A stretch of 64,000 bases of DNA from an uncultured Bacilli bacterium (GTDB lineage Bacteria; Bacillota_I; Bacilli_A; RF39; UBA660): the NCBI GenBank assembly GCA_947626095.1, contig CANQQV010000004.1:32001-96000 (forward strand), given 5' to 3'. This document shows positions 47,308-56,710 of the stretch, piece by piece. Below the pieces are notes generated by a model. It saw nothing but the letters and a program-made list of their open reading frames with translations. It was not told where the DNA came from and searched no databases. A program made the translations under genes and the position numbers. The stretch's first letter is position 1; the number at the start of each line of letters is the position of its first letter.

Positions 47308-48279
47308 ATGGCCGTAGTTTCTTTAAGTTATTTATTAGAAGCTGGAGTTCATTTTGGACATCAAACAAAAAGATGGAATCCTAAAATGAAAGAGTATATT
47401 TATACAACAAGAGATGACATTTATATTATCGATTTGCAAAAAACCTTAGCAAAAATCGAAGAAGCATATGCAGAAATCAATAAGATAGCTGCAAATGGAG
47501 GTACATTCCTATTTGTAGGAACTAAAAAACAAGCGAATGAGGCCGCTAGAGAAAATGCCGAAAGAACAAATTCATATTATGTAACTGAAAGATGGTTAGG
47601 AGGAACATTAACTAACTTCCGTACTATCAGAAGTAGAGTAAAACGTCTAGAAGAAATCGAAAACATGGAAAAAGATGGAACATTTGATGTTTTACCTAAA
47701 AAAGAAGTTATTAATCTTAAAAAAGAATATGAAAAATTAAACAAATTATTATGTGGTATCCGTGCTATGGATAAATTACCCCAAGCTTTAATTATTGTTG
47801 ATCCTAAAAAGGAAATCAATGCAATTAGAGAAGCAAGAAAGTTAAATATACCTATATTTGGTATTGTTGATACAAACTGTGATCCAGACGATGTAGATTA
47901 TGTTATTCCAGGTAACGATGACGCTGTAAGAGCCGTTAAAGTTGTTCTTGGTGTTCTAGGTAATGCTATCGCTGAAGCCAATGGTGGTGAAATCATCGAT
48001 TACGTTACTGAAGATGATAAAAAAGCTAAAAAGCCAGAAAAAATGGAAGATGTAATGGCTGAAGTAGATAGAGCTAAAGCTGAAGCTGAAAAAGCTAAAA
48101 CTCATGCTAAAGAAGCTCCAGTTGAAGAACCTGCTGAAGAAGTAGTTGAAGAAACTACTGAAACTGAAGATTTAAGCTCTAAAACTTTAACTGAATTAAA
48201 AGCCATGGCTAAAGCTTCAGGTATCAAAGGATACTCTGCAATGAAAAAAGATGAATTAATTGCATCTTTAAGTGAATAA
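47308..48279 (+). CDS. rpsB: 30S ribosomal protein S2 with acidic linker and C-terminal Rho-N-like domain
   Basis: [39 protein letters not shown]. Confidence 0.98.
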   Translation: MAVVSLSYLLEAGVHFGHQTKRWNPKMKEYIYTTRDDIYIIDLQKTLAKIEEAYAEINKIAANGGTFLFVGTKKQANEAARENAERTNSYYVTERWLGGTLTNFRTIRSRVKRLEEIENMEKDGTFDVLPKKEVINLKKEYEKLNKLLCGIRAMDKLPQALIIVDPKKEINAIREARKLNIPIFGIVDTNCDPDDVDYVIPGNDDAVRAVKVVLGVLGNAIAEANGGEIIDYVTEDDKKAKKPEKMEDVMAEVDRAKAEAEKAKTHAKEAPVEEPAEEVVEETTETEDLSSKTLTELKAMAKASGIKGYSAMKKDELIASLSE

Positions 48280-48311
48280 TATAATATTTAATTAAGAAAG
48301 AAGGGTTACAT

Positions 48312-49184
48312 ATGATAAGCGCAAGCTTAGTTAAAGAATTACGTGAACAAACAGGAGCCGGAATGATGGATTGTAAAAAAGCATTATCAGAATGCGATGG
48401 CAATCTAGAAGCTGCTGTTGATTGGTTAAGAGAAAAAGGTATTGCTAAAGCCGGTAAAAAAGAATCAAGAATTGCTGCTGAAGGCTTAGCTGATATCTTT
48501 GTAAAAGGTAATAAAGCTGTTATGATTGAAATCAATGCTGAAACAGACTTCGTTACTAAAAATGATGAATTCAAAGAATTAATCAAAACTGTTGGTGAAA
48601 CTATTTTAAAAAGTAAAGCTGAGACTTTAGAAGAAGCTTTAGAACTACCTTGTGGTGAAGGCACAATAAGAGACTTAATGGTAGCTAAAACTGCTAAAAT
48701 TGGTGAAAAACTTGATTTCCGTCGTTTAGCTGTTATTAAAAAGAAAACAGGCGAAAATTTTGGTACATACCTTCATATGGGTGGAAAAATTGCTGTTGTT
48801 ACAGTAATTAAAGGTGCTAATGAAGAAGTTGCTAAAGATGTAGCAATGCAAGCAGCTGCTATGAAACCAAAATATGTTTTCAAAGAAGATGTTCCTGAAG
48901 CTGAAATTGCTCGTGAAAGAGAAGTTCTAAAAGAACAAGCTATGAATGAAGGAAAACCTGCTGATATAGCTGAAAAAATGGTTGATGGAAGATTAAATAA
49001 ATTCTTTAAAGAAATTTGTCTATCAATGCAAGCATTCATTAAAGATGGCGACATTGATGTAAATAAATACGTAACTAACAATGGAGGAGAATTAATTGCT
49101 AGTACAAGCTTTGTCGTAGGTGAAGGTATTGAAAAACGTCAAGATAACTTCGCTGAAGAAGTAATGGCTCAAATTAACAATTAA
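48312..49184 (+). CDS. tsf: Elongation factor Ts
   Basis: VKELRE.TGAGMMDCKKAL, E.N.ETDFV. Confidence 0.98.
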   Translation: MISASLVKELREQTGAGMMDCKKALSECDGNLEAAVDWLREKGIAKAGKKESRIAAEGLADIFVKGNKAVMIEINAETDFVTKNDEFKELIKTVGETILKSKAETLEEALELPCGEGTIRDLMVAKTAKIGEKLDFRRLAVIKKKTGENFGTYLHMGGKIAVVTVIKGANEEVAKDVAMQAAAMKPKYVFKEDVPEAEIAREREVLKEQAMNEGKPADIAEKMVDGRLNKFFKEICLSMQAFIKDGDIDVNKYVTNNGGELIASTSFVVGEGIEKRQDNFAEEVMAQINN

Positions 49185-49276
49185 TATAAATTAGACACTT
49201 TTTAGACAAGTGTCTTTTTTATTGGCCGATAAACTCATTCATTCATGATATAATAACAAGTAGGAAGTGAAATTTC

Positions 49277-49867
49277 ATGAATCCCAAAACTAAAAGTATT
49301 ATAAGAAAAATAATCTATATAATTTTATTTCTCTTAATGGCTGTGGCTTTTGTTTATTTAAGTGAAAAATATGCTGCTAATAGCGAACGAAAAGTATACA
49401 CTATTACAGATTATTATACTAATAACACCAATAAATACTATGAAGTCGTAACTGGTAATAAAATGATCTCTTTAATTCGTAATGGTCATAATATTATCGT
49501 CATTGGTAGTAGTAACTCAAAATATAGTCAAAGATATATTGAAGAAATCGATAAAATCTTCAATAGCCTTAAAATCGATAAAGTATATTACTATGATTTA
49601 AACAATGATAAATCCCAACAAAACTCTAATTATTATAAAATCCGTGAATTACTAGAAGGTTATTTAACTTCAACTGATGATAATGATAACAACTTACTAG
49701 CTCCAAGCTTGTACATCATTAATAATGGTCAAGTCGAGTATTATAATACTGAAACTGCCGCTATTAAAAATACTACGGACATTAACTCATATTGGAATGA
49801 AGAACAACAACTAATCTTCCAAGGTGAAATAACAAACGCTATAAATAAATATTATTTGAATAAATAG
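49277..49867 (+). CDS. Membrane-anchored thioredoxin-fold-like protein lacking CxxC
   Basis: N-terminal TM; SKYS at the CxxC position, VYYYD, APSLYII.NG.V. Confidence 0.55.
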   Translation: MNPKTKSIIRKIIYIILFLLMAVAFVYLSEKYAANSERKVYTITDYYTNNTNKYYEVVTGNKMISLIRNGHNIIVIGSSNSKYSQRYIEEIDKIFNSLKIDKVYYYDLNNDKSQQNSNYYKIRELLEGYLTSTDDNDNNLLAPSLYIINNGQVEYYNTETAAIKNTTDINSYWNEEQQLIFQGEITNAINKYYLNK

Positions 49868-49910
49868 TAAATATGCATTATAATTTAATCATGAAGGAGA
49901 GAATAAAAAA

Positions 49911-50450
49911 ATGATTGATACAGAAGTTGAATTTAAAATGATGAGTGCTCTTGAAGTAATGGAAAACCGATTTACAACAATTAGAGCTGGCCGTGCTAAT
50001 TCATCAATGGTTAATGGTATAAATGTTGATTATTATGGAACACCAACTCCTATTCAAAGTTTAGCTAACATTACTGTTCCTGAAGCTAAAACCTTAATGA
50101 TTAAACCATTTGATCGTTCATGCTTAAAAGATATCGTTAAAGCCATTCAAGAAGCCAATCTTGGTATAAATCCAACTGATAATGGTGAGTCAGTAATACT
50201 AACTATGCCTGAACTTACTGAAGAAAGAAGAAAAGACTATGTTAAACAAGCTAAACAAATAGCTGAAGAAACAAAAGTTGCTTTAAGAAAAGTTCGTCAA
50301 GAAGCGAATGATGATATTAAAAAAGATGAATCAATAACTGAAGATGACGAAAAGAGAATGCTTGATGAAGTTCAAAAACTTATTACTGAATACAATAAAA
50401 AAGTTGATGAAAAACTAAAAGAAAAAGAAGACGAATTAATGGCTATCTAA
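49911..50450 (+). CDS. frr: Ribosome recycling factor
   Basis: IRAGRAN, VDYYG.PTP, NLGINP, P.LTEERRK. Confidence 0.97.
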   Translation: MIDTEVEFKMMSALEVMENRFTTIRAGRANSSMVNGINVDYYGTPTPIQSLANITVPEAKTLMIKPFDRSCLKDIVKAIQEANLGINPTDNGESVILTMPELTEERRKDYVKQAKQIAEETKVALRKVRQEANDDIKKDESITEDDEKRMLDEVQKLITEYNKKVDEKLKEKEDELMAI

Positions 50451-50533
50451 GCAAACTACTAAAGTTTGCTTTTTTCTTTGCATTCAAACCACTTTTAATA
50501 TATAATAAAGGCTATTAAAAAAAGGTGAGAAAT

Positions 50534-52111
50534 ATGGCAGATCATACAATCGAATATGGAATTATATATAGCAAATCTAACATCGGTCCTAATAAATATC
50601 TTTTATTTCCTTTAGATCTAGTTGAAGGCTACCAAATGGGTGGTACATTTCTAAGTGATCCCATCTATAAAACCGCTGACTCTAAAGAAAATATTAGTAA
50701 TAGCGACTTCCTAGTCGATAATATCTTTACCTATAATGATTTATTAAGACATTACGAATATGATGATATCGACTTTGTCAAAGAATACTACTTAGCTGAT
50801 GCCAAAGATTATTTCTATTATGTTGAAATAACACCTAAAGAAATTATTAAACGCAAACTTAATATGAGTTTATTAAGTTCTTTAAATCCTCGCGAAACTT
50901 ACGAAGCCCAAAATAAGGAAGCGGCCGTTGCCTTAAATAGTGATGCCTTGAGTATCTTACTTAGTATTGATGACCTAGATGCTCTTCGTAAAGAAATTCT
51001 AAGATATCAAAATTTAGTAAGTAAATTTAAAAACGAAGAGATGAAAAAAGGTACTACTAAAATTGTTGTTGAACAAGGTCATGTCGTTGAAATTCAAACA
51101 ACACGTCAATGTAAAAATAACCAGCAAGTAGTAACCGAGCCTGAAGAAGAAACTATTAAAGAATATACAAGTGATGTTAGTTTAAAAGGTTTAGAAAAAT
51201 ACATCAAAGAACGTGTCTTTGGTCATGATGAAGAAATCAAAATCATTGCTAAAACTCTCCTAATGAACTATCGTGCTAATGCTAAATATGGTACAGAACC
51301 AATCTTAATCTTAGGTCCAACAGGAACAGGTAAGACAGAAACCATTAAAGCCGCTTCTGAATATTTAGGTATTCCTTTTCTTGAAATAAATACCGCCAAT
51401 TTAGTTCCTCAAGGAATTAAAGGAACGTCAATTGAAGATTGTTTATATTCTTTACTAGCTTCTTGTAACTATGATATGGATAAAGCTGAAAGAGCTCTTA
51501 TATTCTTTGATGAATTCGATAAAATAGGAGAAAGTGACTTAGATATAAAAAGTGCTGTTAAAGAAATAATGCTTAAATTTTTTGAAGGTTCAACCTTCCT
51601 TATCGATAAACCAAGTGATGATTATAACTTCAATACGCGAATGTTAAACAAAGTTTATGCTGGTGCCTTTCAAAATCTTTTCGATGCGAAAAAAAATATC
51701 GGTTTTGGCGCCTCTCCAACTATAACTACCTTAAATCGTAGTCGTATCTACGAAGATCATTACTTTGGTAAAGAATTAGTAACTCGTATTCCGCATATCT
51801 TAACATTTAATCCATTAGACCGTGAAACGCAAAAAAGAGTCATCTTAGAATCAAAACTAAGTATTTTACTTCGTAAAAAAGAAAGATATGAAGAAGAGTT
51901 TCATACTTCTTTAGTTGCCACTGATGCTTATATCGAAGCTGTCTTAACTAAATTAGCTGCTTCCGAAAAGAGTATGCGTGATCTAAATAATATAATTCTC
52001 GATAGTTTAAATCAAGTTGAGTATGCTTTACTAGCCAATGAAGGTCATACTAGTGAAGTCATCTTAACTGATGAAACAGTCGAAAATCCTTATAAATTTA
52101 CTTTAAAATAA
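50534..52111 (+). CDS. ClpX-like AAA+ ATPase with novel N-terminal domain
   Basis: V.GH, LGPTGTGKT, IFFDEFDKI, AGAF, IGF loop, ELVTRIP; no C4 zinc finger. Confidence 0.8.
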   Translation: MADHTIEYGIIYSKSNIGPNKYLLFPLDLVEGYQMGGTFLSDPIYKTADSKENISNSDFLVDNIFTYNDLLRHYEYDDIDFVKEYYLADAKDYFYYVEITPKEIIKRKLNMSLLSSLNPRETYEAQNKEAAVALNSDALSILLSIDDLDALRKEILRYQNLVSKFKNEEMKKGTTKIVVEQGHVVEIQTTRQCKNNQQVVTEPEEETIKEYTSDVSLKGLEKYIKERVFGHDEEIKIIAKTLLMNYRANAKYGTEPILILGPTGTGKTETIKAASEYLGIPFLEINTANLVPQGIKGTSIEDCLYSLLASCNYDMDKAERALIFFDEFDKIGESDLDIKSAVKEIMLKFFEGSTFLIDKPSDDYNFNTRMLNKVYAGAFQNLFDAKKNIGFGASPTITTLNRSRIYEDHYFGKELVTRIPHILTFNPLDRETQKRVILESKLSILLRKKERYEEEFHTSLVATDAYIEAVLTKLAASEKSMRDLNNIILDSLNQVEYALLANEGHTSEVILTDETVENPYKFTLK

Positions 52112-52112
52112 C

Positions 52113-52150
52113 AAAATAAAACGTACTTCAATGAAGTACGTTATTATTTT
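52113..52150. terminator. Bidirectional terminator between ATPase gene and tRNA
   Basis: AACGTACTTC-AAT-GAAGTACGTT. Confidence 0.75.
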
Positions 52151-52151
52151 A

Positions 52152-52228
52152 TGGTGTCCCCGAAGTGATTCGAACACTTGACCGATCGCTTAGAAGGCGA
52201 TTGCTCTATCCAGCTGAGCTACGAGGAC
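52152..52228 (-). tRNA. tRNA-Arg (anticodon UCU)
   Basis: GTCCTCGTAGCTCAGCTGGATAGAGC-ATCGC CT TCT AA GCGAT-...GTTCGAATC...GGGGACACCA; cloverleaf with encoded CCA. Confidence 0.97.
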
Positions 52229-52266
52229 ATAACTCACAGAACATATTGATTATATAATAAAAAACT

Positions 52267-53196
52267 TTAGTTTTCAAGTCTAAATTCGTCGATTTCTTGT
52301 GAATCAACTTCAAATATAACTTGATCAATCCCTAAAGTATCATGGATAGAGTAGAAGATAGCATATTTTACTTCTTCCTTTAGTTTACCATCGTATACAC
52401 TCTTAAGTAAAACATCATTAAAATTTAACGCTAATGAATTTTCACTTGCTTCATAATTCATTAATTCAACTTGGTAATCTAAATGGCTTAATAAATTACT
52501 ACTATTTAAACGATTACTCTTTAAACTATTAATAATAATTTCAATTTTATCATCACTACTATTAGTTACATAACTAATCGGAACATAATAATAATCATTA
52601 GCTTTCTTCAAATAATACACAGTTACCATCTTACTATTATTAATTGTAGTTAAATCATAAACTTTATTAATTCCATAACTACGTGTTAAATATAAATCTA
52701 ATTTTTTCTTTGAATTAGGTAATTCTAATAATCTTTCTCCTTCTACAAAAACCATTACCTTTTTAATACCATTAATTGATGTTAAAGAAAAAATAAGCGC
52801 TTCCATCATCTTTTCTTCTTTATCTTCCTTAATAGTTAAAAACTCTTTACTAAAATTAACTTTTAATAAGCCGTTATCTAAATCATAACTTAATACTTTA
52901 GTTCCTTTAGGAATAACTGCCTTAAATCCATCTGGTAATTTAATATTACTATCAGAACCAATAATTAACGCCTTTAAAATATTTCCTATTTGCTCATTAA
53001 TATCATCACCACTTGAATTAACTTCCGTCATCCCAATAAAATCATTCTCATCAATTAAATAAATATTAATATTTTTCCCTTTATTATTTGTCTCAACTTC
53101 TTCATTAATCTCTTCTGGATAATTATAAAGTAAAAAAGCTAGTAATAAGAGAAGAGTGGAAATAGCTATTTTATTAAAAGTCAGACTTTTTAACAT
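52267..53196 (-). CDS. gerM: Spore germination protein GerM (two GerMN domains)
   Basis: IYL.D.N, LP.GF.AVIP.GT, V.FS.EF, SLT....I.KV...VEG, VTVYY....YYVP. Confidence 0.88.
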   Translation of the reverse strand: MLKSLTFNKIAISTLLLLLAFLLYNYPEEINEEVETNNKGKNINIYLIDENDFIGMTEVNSSGDDINEQIGNILKALIIGSDSNIKLPDGFKAVIPKGTKVLSYDLDNGLLKVNFSKEFLTIKEDKEEKMMEALIFSLTSINGIKKVMVFVEGERLLELPNSKKKLDLYLTRSYGINKVYDLTTINNSKMVTVYYLKKANDYYYVPISYVTNSSDDKIEIIINSLKSNRLNSSNLLSHLDYQVELMNYEASENSLALNFNDVLLKSVYDGKLKEEVKYAIFYSIHDTLGIDQVIFEVDSQEIDEFRLEN

Positions 53197-53260
53197 CTAA
53201 TCACCTAATTAATTATATTTAAAAAAATAATTTTAAGAATAAAAAACCCTTAAAAAGGGT

Positions 53261-53464
53261 TTATAAATTAATTTCATTTAATTTTAATAACTCAATAATC
53301 GCTTGACCACGACTACTAACACCTAACTTTTGTATAACATTTGATATATGATTTCTTACAGTCTTTTCACTAATGATTAACTTACTAGCTATTTCATCCG
53401 TCGTATAGTTAAGTATTAAAAGATCAAACACTTCTTTTTCTCTTTTTGTTAATATATTCTTCAT
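53261..53464 (-). CDS. gerE: Spore coat transcription factor GerE
   Basis: LTKREKEVFDLL....TT.EIA..L.ISEKTVRNHISN..QKLGV..R.QA..EL. Confidence 0.92.
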   Translation of the reverse strand: MKNILTKREKEVFDLLILNYTTDEIASKLIISEKTVRNHISNVIQKLGVSSRGQAIIELLKLNEINL

Positions 53465-53486
53465 ATAAATCTCTTCCTTACTACTA

Positions 53487-53514
53487 TATTTTATGAAGAA
53501 TACAAAAGAGTGTT
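53487..53514 (-). promoter_or_regulatory. SigK-type promoter of gerE
   Basis: Minus strand AC-N16-CATAAAAT; gerE is SigK-dependent in Bacillus. Confidence 0.6.
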
Positions 53515-54001
53515 AATTAAACTTAACTGTAATATACTTATCTTCTTTAAATTCCGTTCTAACCATTCTAATAATATCATTAGCAATTTTATAATCACTC
53601 TTATCACTATCTATTACTATTGTTACATTATTACCATTAACTTTAATAAACGAATCATACTTAAATTCCTCTTTAACAATCTTTTCTAACTTTTCTTCAA
53701 TACTCTTATTATTTGAAATAGTAAGTAATTCATCATAAGCACTATTTTTACTTTCTAAATCAGTAGTTTCACTAAGTAAGATATTCTGTAAATCATTAAT
53801 CGTTTCCATTACTTCTTCATCACTTTGTACTCTTAAAGCTACTAATTCTGTACTTTCATTTACGACTAAACTCGTTTCTTCTTCATCTTCTGGTAACGTA
53901 AAATCACTTAAACTGTTTTCATTCATACTTACATAAAAAATACTAAGAACTAAAATAATACTAAATAAAAAAGTAAACCAAACACTTTGCTTACTGACCA
54001 T
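53513..54001 (-). CDS. spoIIIAH: Stage III sporulation protein AH
   Basis: MVSKQSVW....SIILVLSIFY N-terminus, LR, E..LE, V.IVI ring-building motif; GGAGG RBS supports start at 54001. Confidence 0.85.
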   Translation of the reverse strand: MVSKQSVWFTFLFSIILVLSIFYVSMNENSLSDFTLPEDEEETSLVVNESTELVALRVQSDEEVMETINDLQNILLSETTDLESKNSAYDELLTISNNKSIEEKLEKIVKEEFKYDSFIKVNGNNVTIVIDSDKSDYKIANDIIRMVRTEFKEDKYITVKFN

Positions 54002-54106
54002 TTCCATTCCTCCAATACTACTATATTTTATTAATTGACAGCCAAAATTATACATTTTATTTTACTATTTATTTAATTTATATTATTATATTAGTAGGTG
54101 ATTAAG

Positions 54107-54559
54107 ATGAAAAACTTCTTAAAGAAATATCAATTTGTTATTATTTTAACTTTACTATTAATTGTCTTATGTGTAGGCCCTAAACTAGTCTTTGCCGCTA
54201 CTTCATCTAAACTTAATTTTTGTCAATATCGCGGTACTAGAAGAGCTTTTAAAATCTTAGGTTTAGTTATTAATTTTATTAAAATCCTTGTTCCAATAAT
54301 TTTAATTATCACTGGTATTATGTCCTTAAGTAAAACTATCTTCTCCGGTAAAAGTGAAGATTTTACAGCCAGTTTAACACTTTTAGTTCGTAAATGTATT
54401 GCTGGTATTGTTATCTTCTTACTACCAACTGTTATTAATTATGCCTTTGATAGTTTAATTGGTTATAACGATGCCTCCTTTACTGCTTGTACTAGATGTA
54501 TGTTAACTCCAAATAACTGTCAAATACCTGATGAAGACCCCGACACTTATACTGATTAA
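54107..54559 (+). CDS. VirB2/TrbC pilin-like membrane protein
   Basis: Signal peptide (VFA), two hydrophobic helices around a charged loop (IKILVPIILII.G....K.I.SG..E; IAGIVIFLLP), flanking Cys residues. Confidence 0.5.
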   Translation: MKNFLKKYQFVIILTLLLIVLCVGPKLVFAATSSKLNFCQYRGTRRAFKILGLVINFIKILVPIILIITGIMSLSKTIFSGKSEDFTASLTLLVRKCIAGIVIFLLPTVINYAFDSLIGYNDASFTACTRCMLTPNNCQIPDEDPDTYTD

Positions 54560-54617
54560 TAAATGATTCTAACTCTAGAATCATTTTTTTGCTAAAAATT
54601 TAAAAAATTAACCAGAA

Positions 54618-54655
54618 AAAAAAGGAAATGACCCCCTTTATCGCGAATAATTAAA
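54618..54655 (+). promoter_or_regulatory. Putative alternative-sigma (SigH/ComX-type) competence promoter, copy 2
   Basis: AAAAAAGGAAAT-N10-ATCGCGAATAATTAAA, identical boxes and spacing to 1841-1878. Confidence 0.75.
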
Positions 54656-54670
54656 GTGAAGGGAGTAAAT

Positions 54671-56710
54671 ATGAAAAAAGATTATATAGTTAAACAAAAT
54701 GATATAAAAGATTGTGGCATATGTTCTTTAGAATCAATTATCAAGTATTATAATGGCTTTATTCCTTTAGAAACCTTACGTTTAGATACTAATACTAACG
54801 TAAATGGTACAACTGCTTACAACTTAATTAAAACCGCCAAAAAATATGGTTTTAGTGCCCAAGGTCAAAAAATAAAAGAACTAAATAATAACATTATCTT
54901 ACCAGCTATAGCTCATATTGTAACTGCTAAAGGTTTAAATCATTTCTTAGTAATCTATAAAATAACTGATAAATATGTCCTCGTTATGGATCCAGCTTAT
55001 GGTTATAAAAAGATTAATAAAAATGATTTTATAAAAGAATGGACAAACATTATTCTAATATTTAAACCATACAAACAAATACCTCTGTTTAAACTAAAAA
55101 ACAAACTAAAAACAATATTCATAGACATCATATCAAAAGAGAAAAAAATCATCTCTAAAATAATCGTTACTAATATCATCATAACCATTTTGTCCATTCT
55201 TATAAGTTACTATATCAAAACTATAACTACCATAATAGAAACTAATTATATCAATACTGCTTATCTTTTTATCATTATCTTTTTTATAATCAATATCTTA
55301 AAACTATATTACGATTATATAAAAAACGAACTGACTATCTATCTTAATAAAAATATAAATCTAAGGATTATTCCTGATTTTATCTATCATATTTTTAATC
55401 TCCCTTTAGATGTTATCAAATCTAGAACCACTGGTGAAATACTTACTAGAATTAACGAATTATTTAATATTAAAGAGTTATTCTCTGAAATATTTATAAC
55501 CATTATTTTAGATTTATTTCTTACTATTGGTTCAATCTATTTTCTTAATTCATTAAGTAGCGAATTATTTTTAATTCTTTGCATAATCGCTATTCTTTAT
55601 ATTTTAGTAGGACTCTTTACTAGTTCTATCATTGAGAAAAAGATTAATAATAACATCGATCTAGAAACGGAATTTAATTCTTGTTTGACCGAACATATTA
55701 ATAGTTTAGAATCAATTTCTAACTTAAGTTTAACTGATTATTATGAAAATAAAGTCGAAGAAAGTTATCTTTCTTATGAAAAAGATACATTTAAGTATTC
55801 TCTAACTTTAAATAATATTATAACTATTAAAAATGTTATAAATGAAATAGGTCTTTTTTTCATAACCAGTTATGGTATTTACTTAATAAGTATAAATAAA
55901 CTATCTATCTTAGGCTTAATAACCTTTAATAGCTTATTAACTTATTTTATAAATCCTATTGAAAATGTTATTGATTTATTACCTAAGTATCACTTAATTA
56001 AAACATCATTCAATAAAATATCTGAATTCTATAATATTGGCAAAATAGTTCAAGGAAATAATGAAAAGTTCAATAATGGTGATATCTCCTTCAAAAACAT
56101 TACTTATTATTACGATGATTTCCATAAAGTGTTAAAATCCCTAAACCTTCTTATCAAATGTCATTCTCATATCATGCTAAAAGGTCCTTCTGGATGTGGG
56201 AAGAGTACATTATGTAAAATATTAAATAAAACAATTAATAATTATAGTGGTGAAGTAAAAATCGATAATATCAACATTAAAGATTATTCATTAAGTACAA
56301 TTAAGAAAAATATTTTATATGTATCCCAAACTGAAAGTATTTTCTCTGATACTATTAAAAATAATATTACGTTAAATAGATATGTAAGTCCTAAAGAGTT
56401 AAATGAAGTTCTAGAAATTACTAAAGTTAATGAAATAATTGCTAAAAAATCATTGCGTTTAGATTCGTTTCTATATGATAGCGGCTACAACTTAAGTGGT
56501 GGTGAAAGGCAAAGAATAATCTTAGCTAGGTCCCTTCTTAAGAAACCTAAAATTCTTATTTTAGATGAATCTCTAAGTGAGATGGATACTGATTTAGAAA
56601 CCGAGATATTATCAAACATCGATCATTATTTAAAAGATACAACTGTAATCTATATATCCCATACTAATAATAATTATTTTAAGACAGTTTACGAAATGGA
56701 GTTAGTATGA
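54671..56710 (+). CDS. Peptidase-containing ABC transporter (C39 + TMD + NBD), ComA/bacteriocin exporter type
   Basis: Q....DCG, H.LV, MDPA; GPSGCGKS, LSGGERQR, LILDE, ISH. Confidence 0.95.
   Translation: MKKDYIVKQNDIKDCGICSLESIIKYYNGFIPLETLRLDTNTNVNGTTAYNLIKTAKKYGFSAQGQKIKELNNNIILPAIAHIVTAKGLNHFLVIYKITDKYVLVMDPAYGYKKINKNDFIKEWTNIILIFKPYKQIPLFKLKNKLKTIFIDIISKEKKIISKIIVTNIIITILSILISYYIKTITTIIETNYINTAYLFIIIFFIINILKLYYDYIKNELTIYLNKNINLRIIPDFIYHIFNLPLDVIKSRTTGEILTRINELFNIKELFSEIFITIILDLFLTIGSIYFLNSLSSELFLILCIIAILYILVGLFTSSIIEKKINNNIDLETEFNSCLTEHINSLESISNLSLTDYYENKVEESYLSYEKDTFKYSLTLNNIITIKNVINEIGLFFITSYGIYLISINKLSILGLITFNSLLTYFINPIENVIDLLPKYHLIKTSFNKISEFYNIGKIVQGNNEKFNNGDISFKNITYYYDDFHKVLKSLNLLIKCHSHIMLKGPSGCGKSTLCKILNKTINNYSGEVKIDNINIKDYSLSTIKKNILYVSQTESIFSDTIKNNITLNRYVSPKELNEVLEITKVNEIIAKKSLRLDSFLYDSGYNLSGGERQRIILARSLLKKPKILILDESLSEMDTDLETEILSNIDHYLKDTTVIYISHTNNNYFKTVYEMELV

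Noticed and set aside
50460-52228. Integrative element at the tRNA-Arg 3' end
   Set aside because: No integrase and no duplicated tRNA 3' end (att site) seen.
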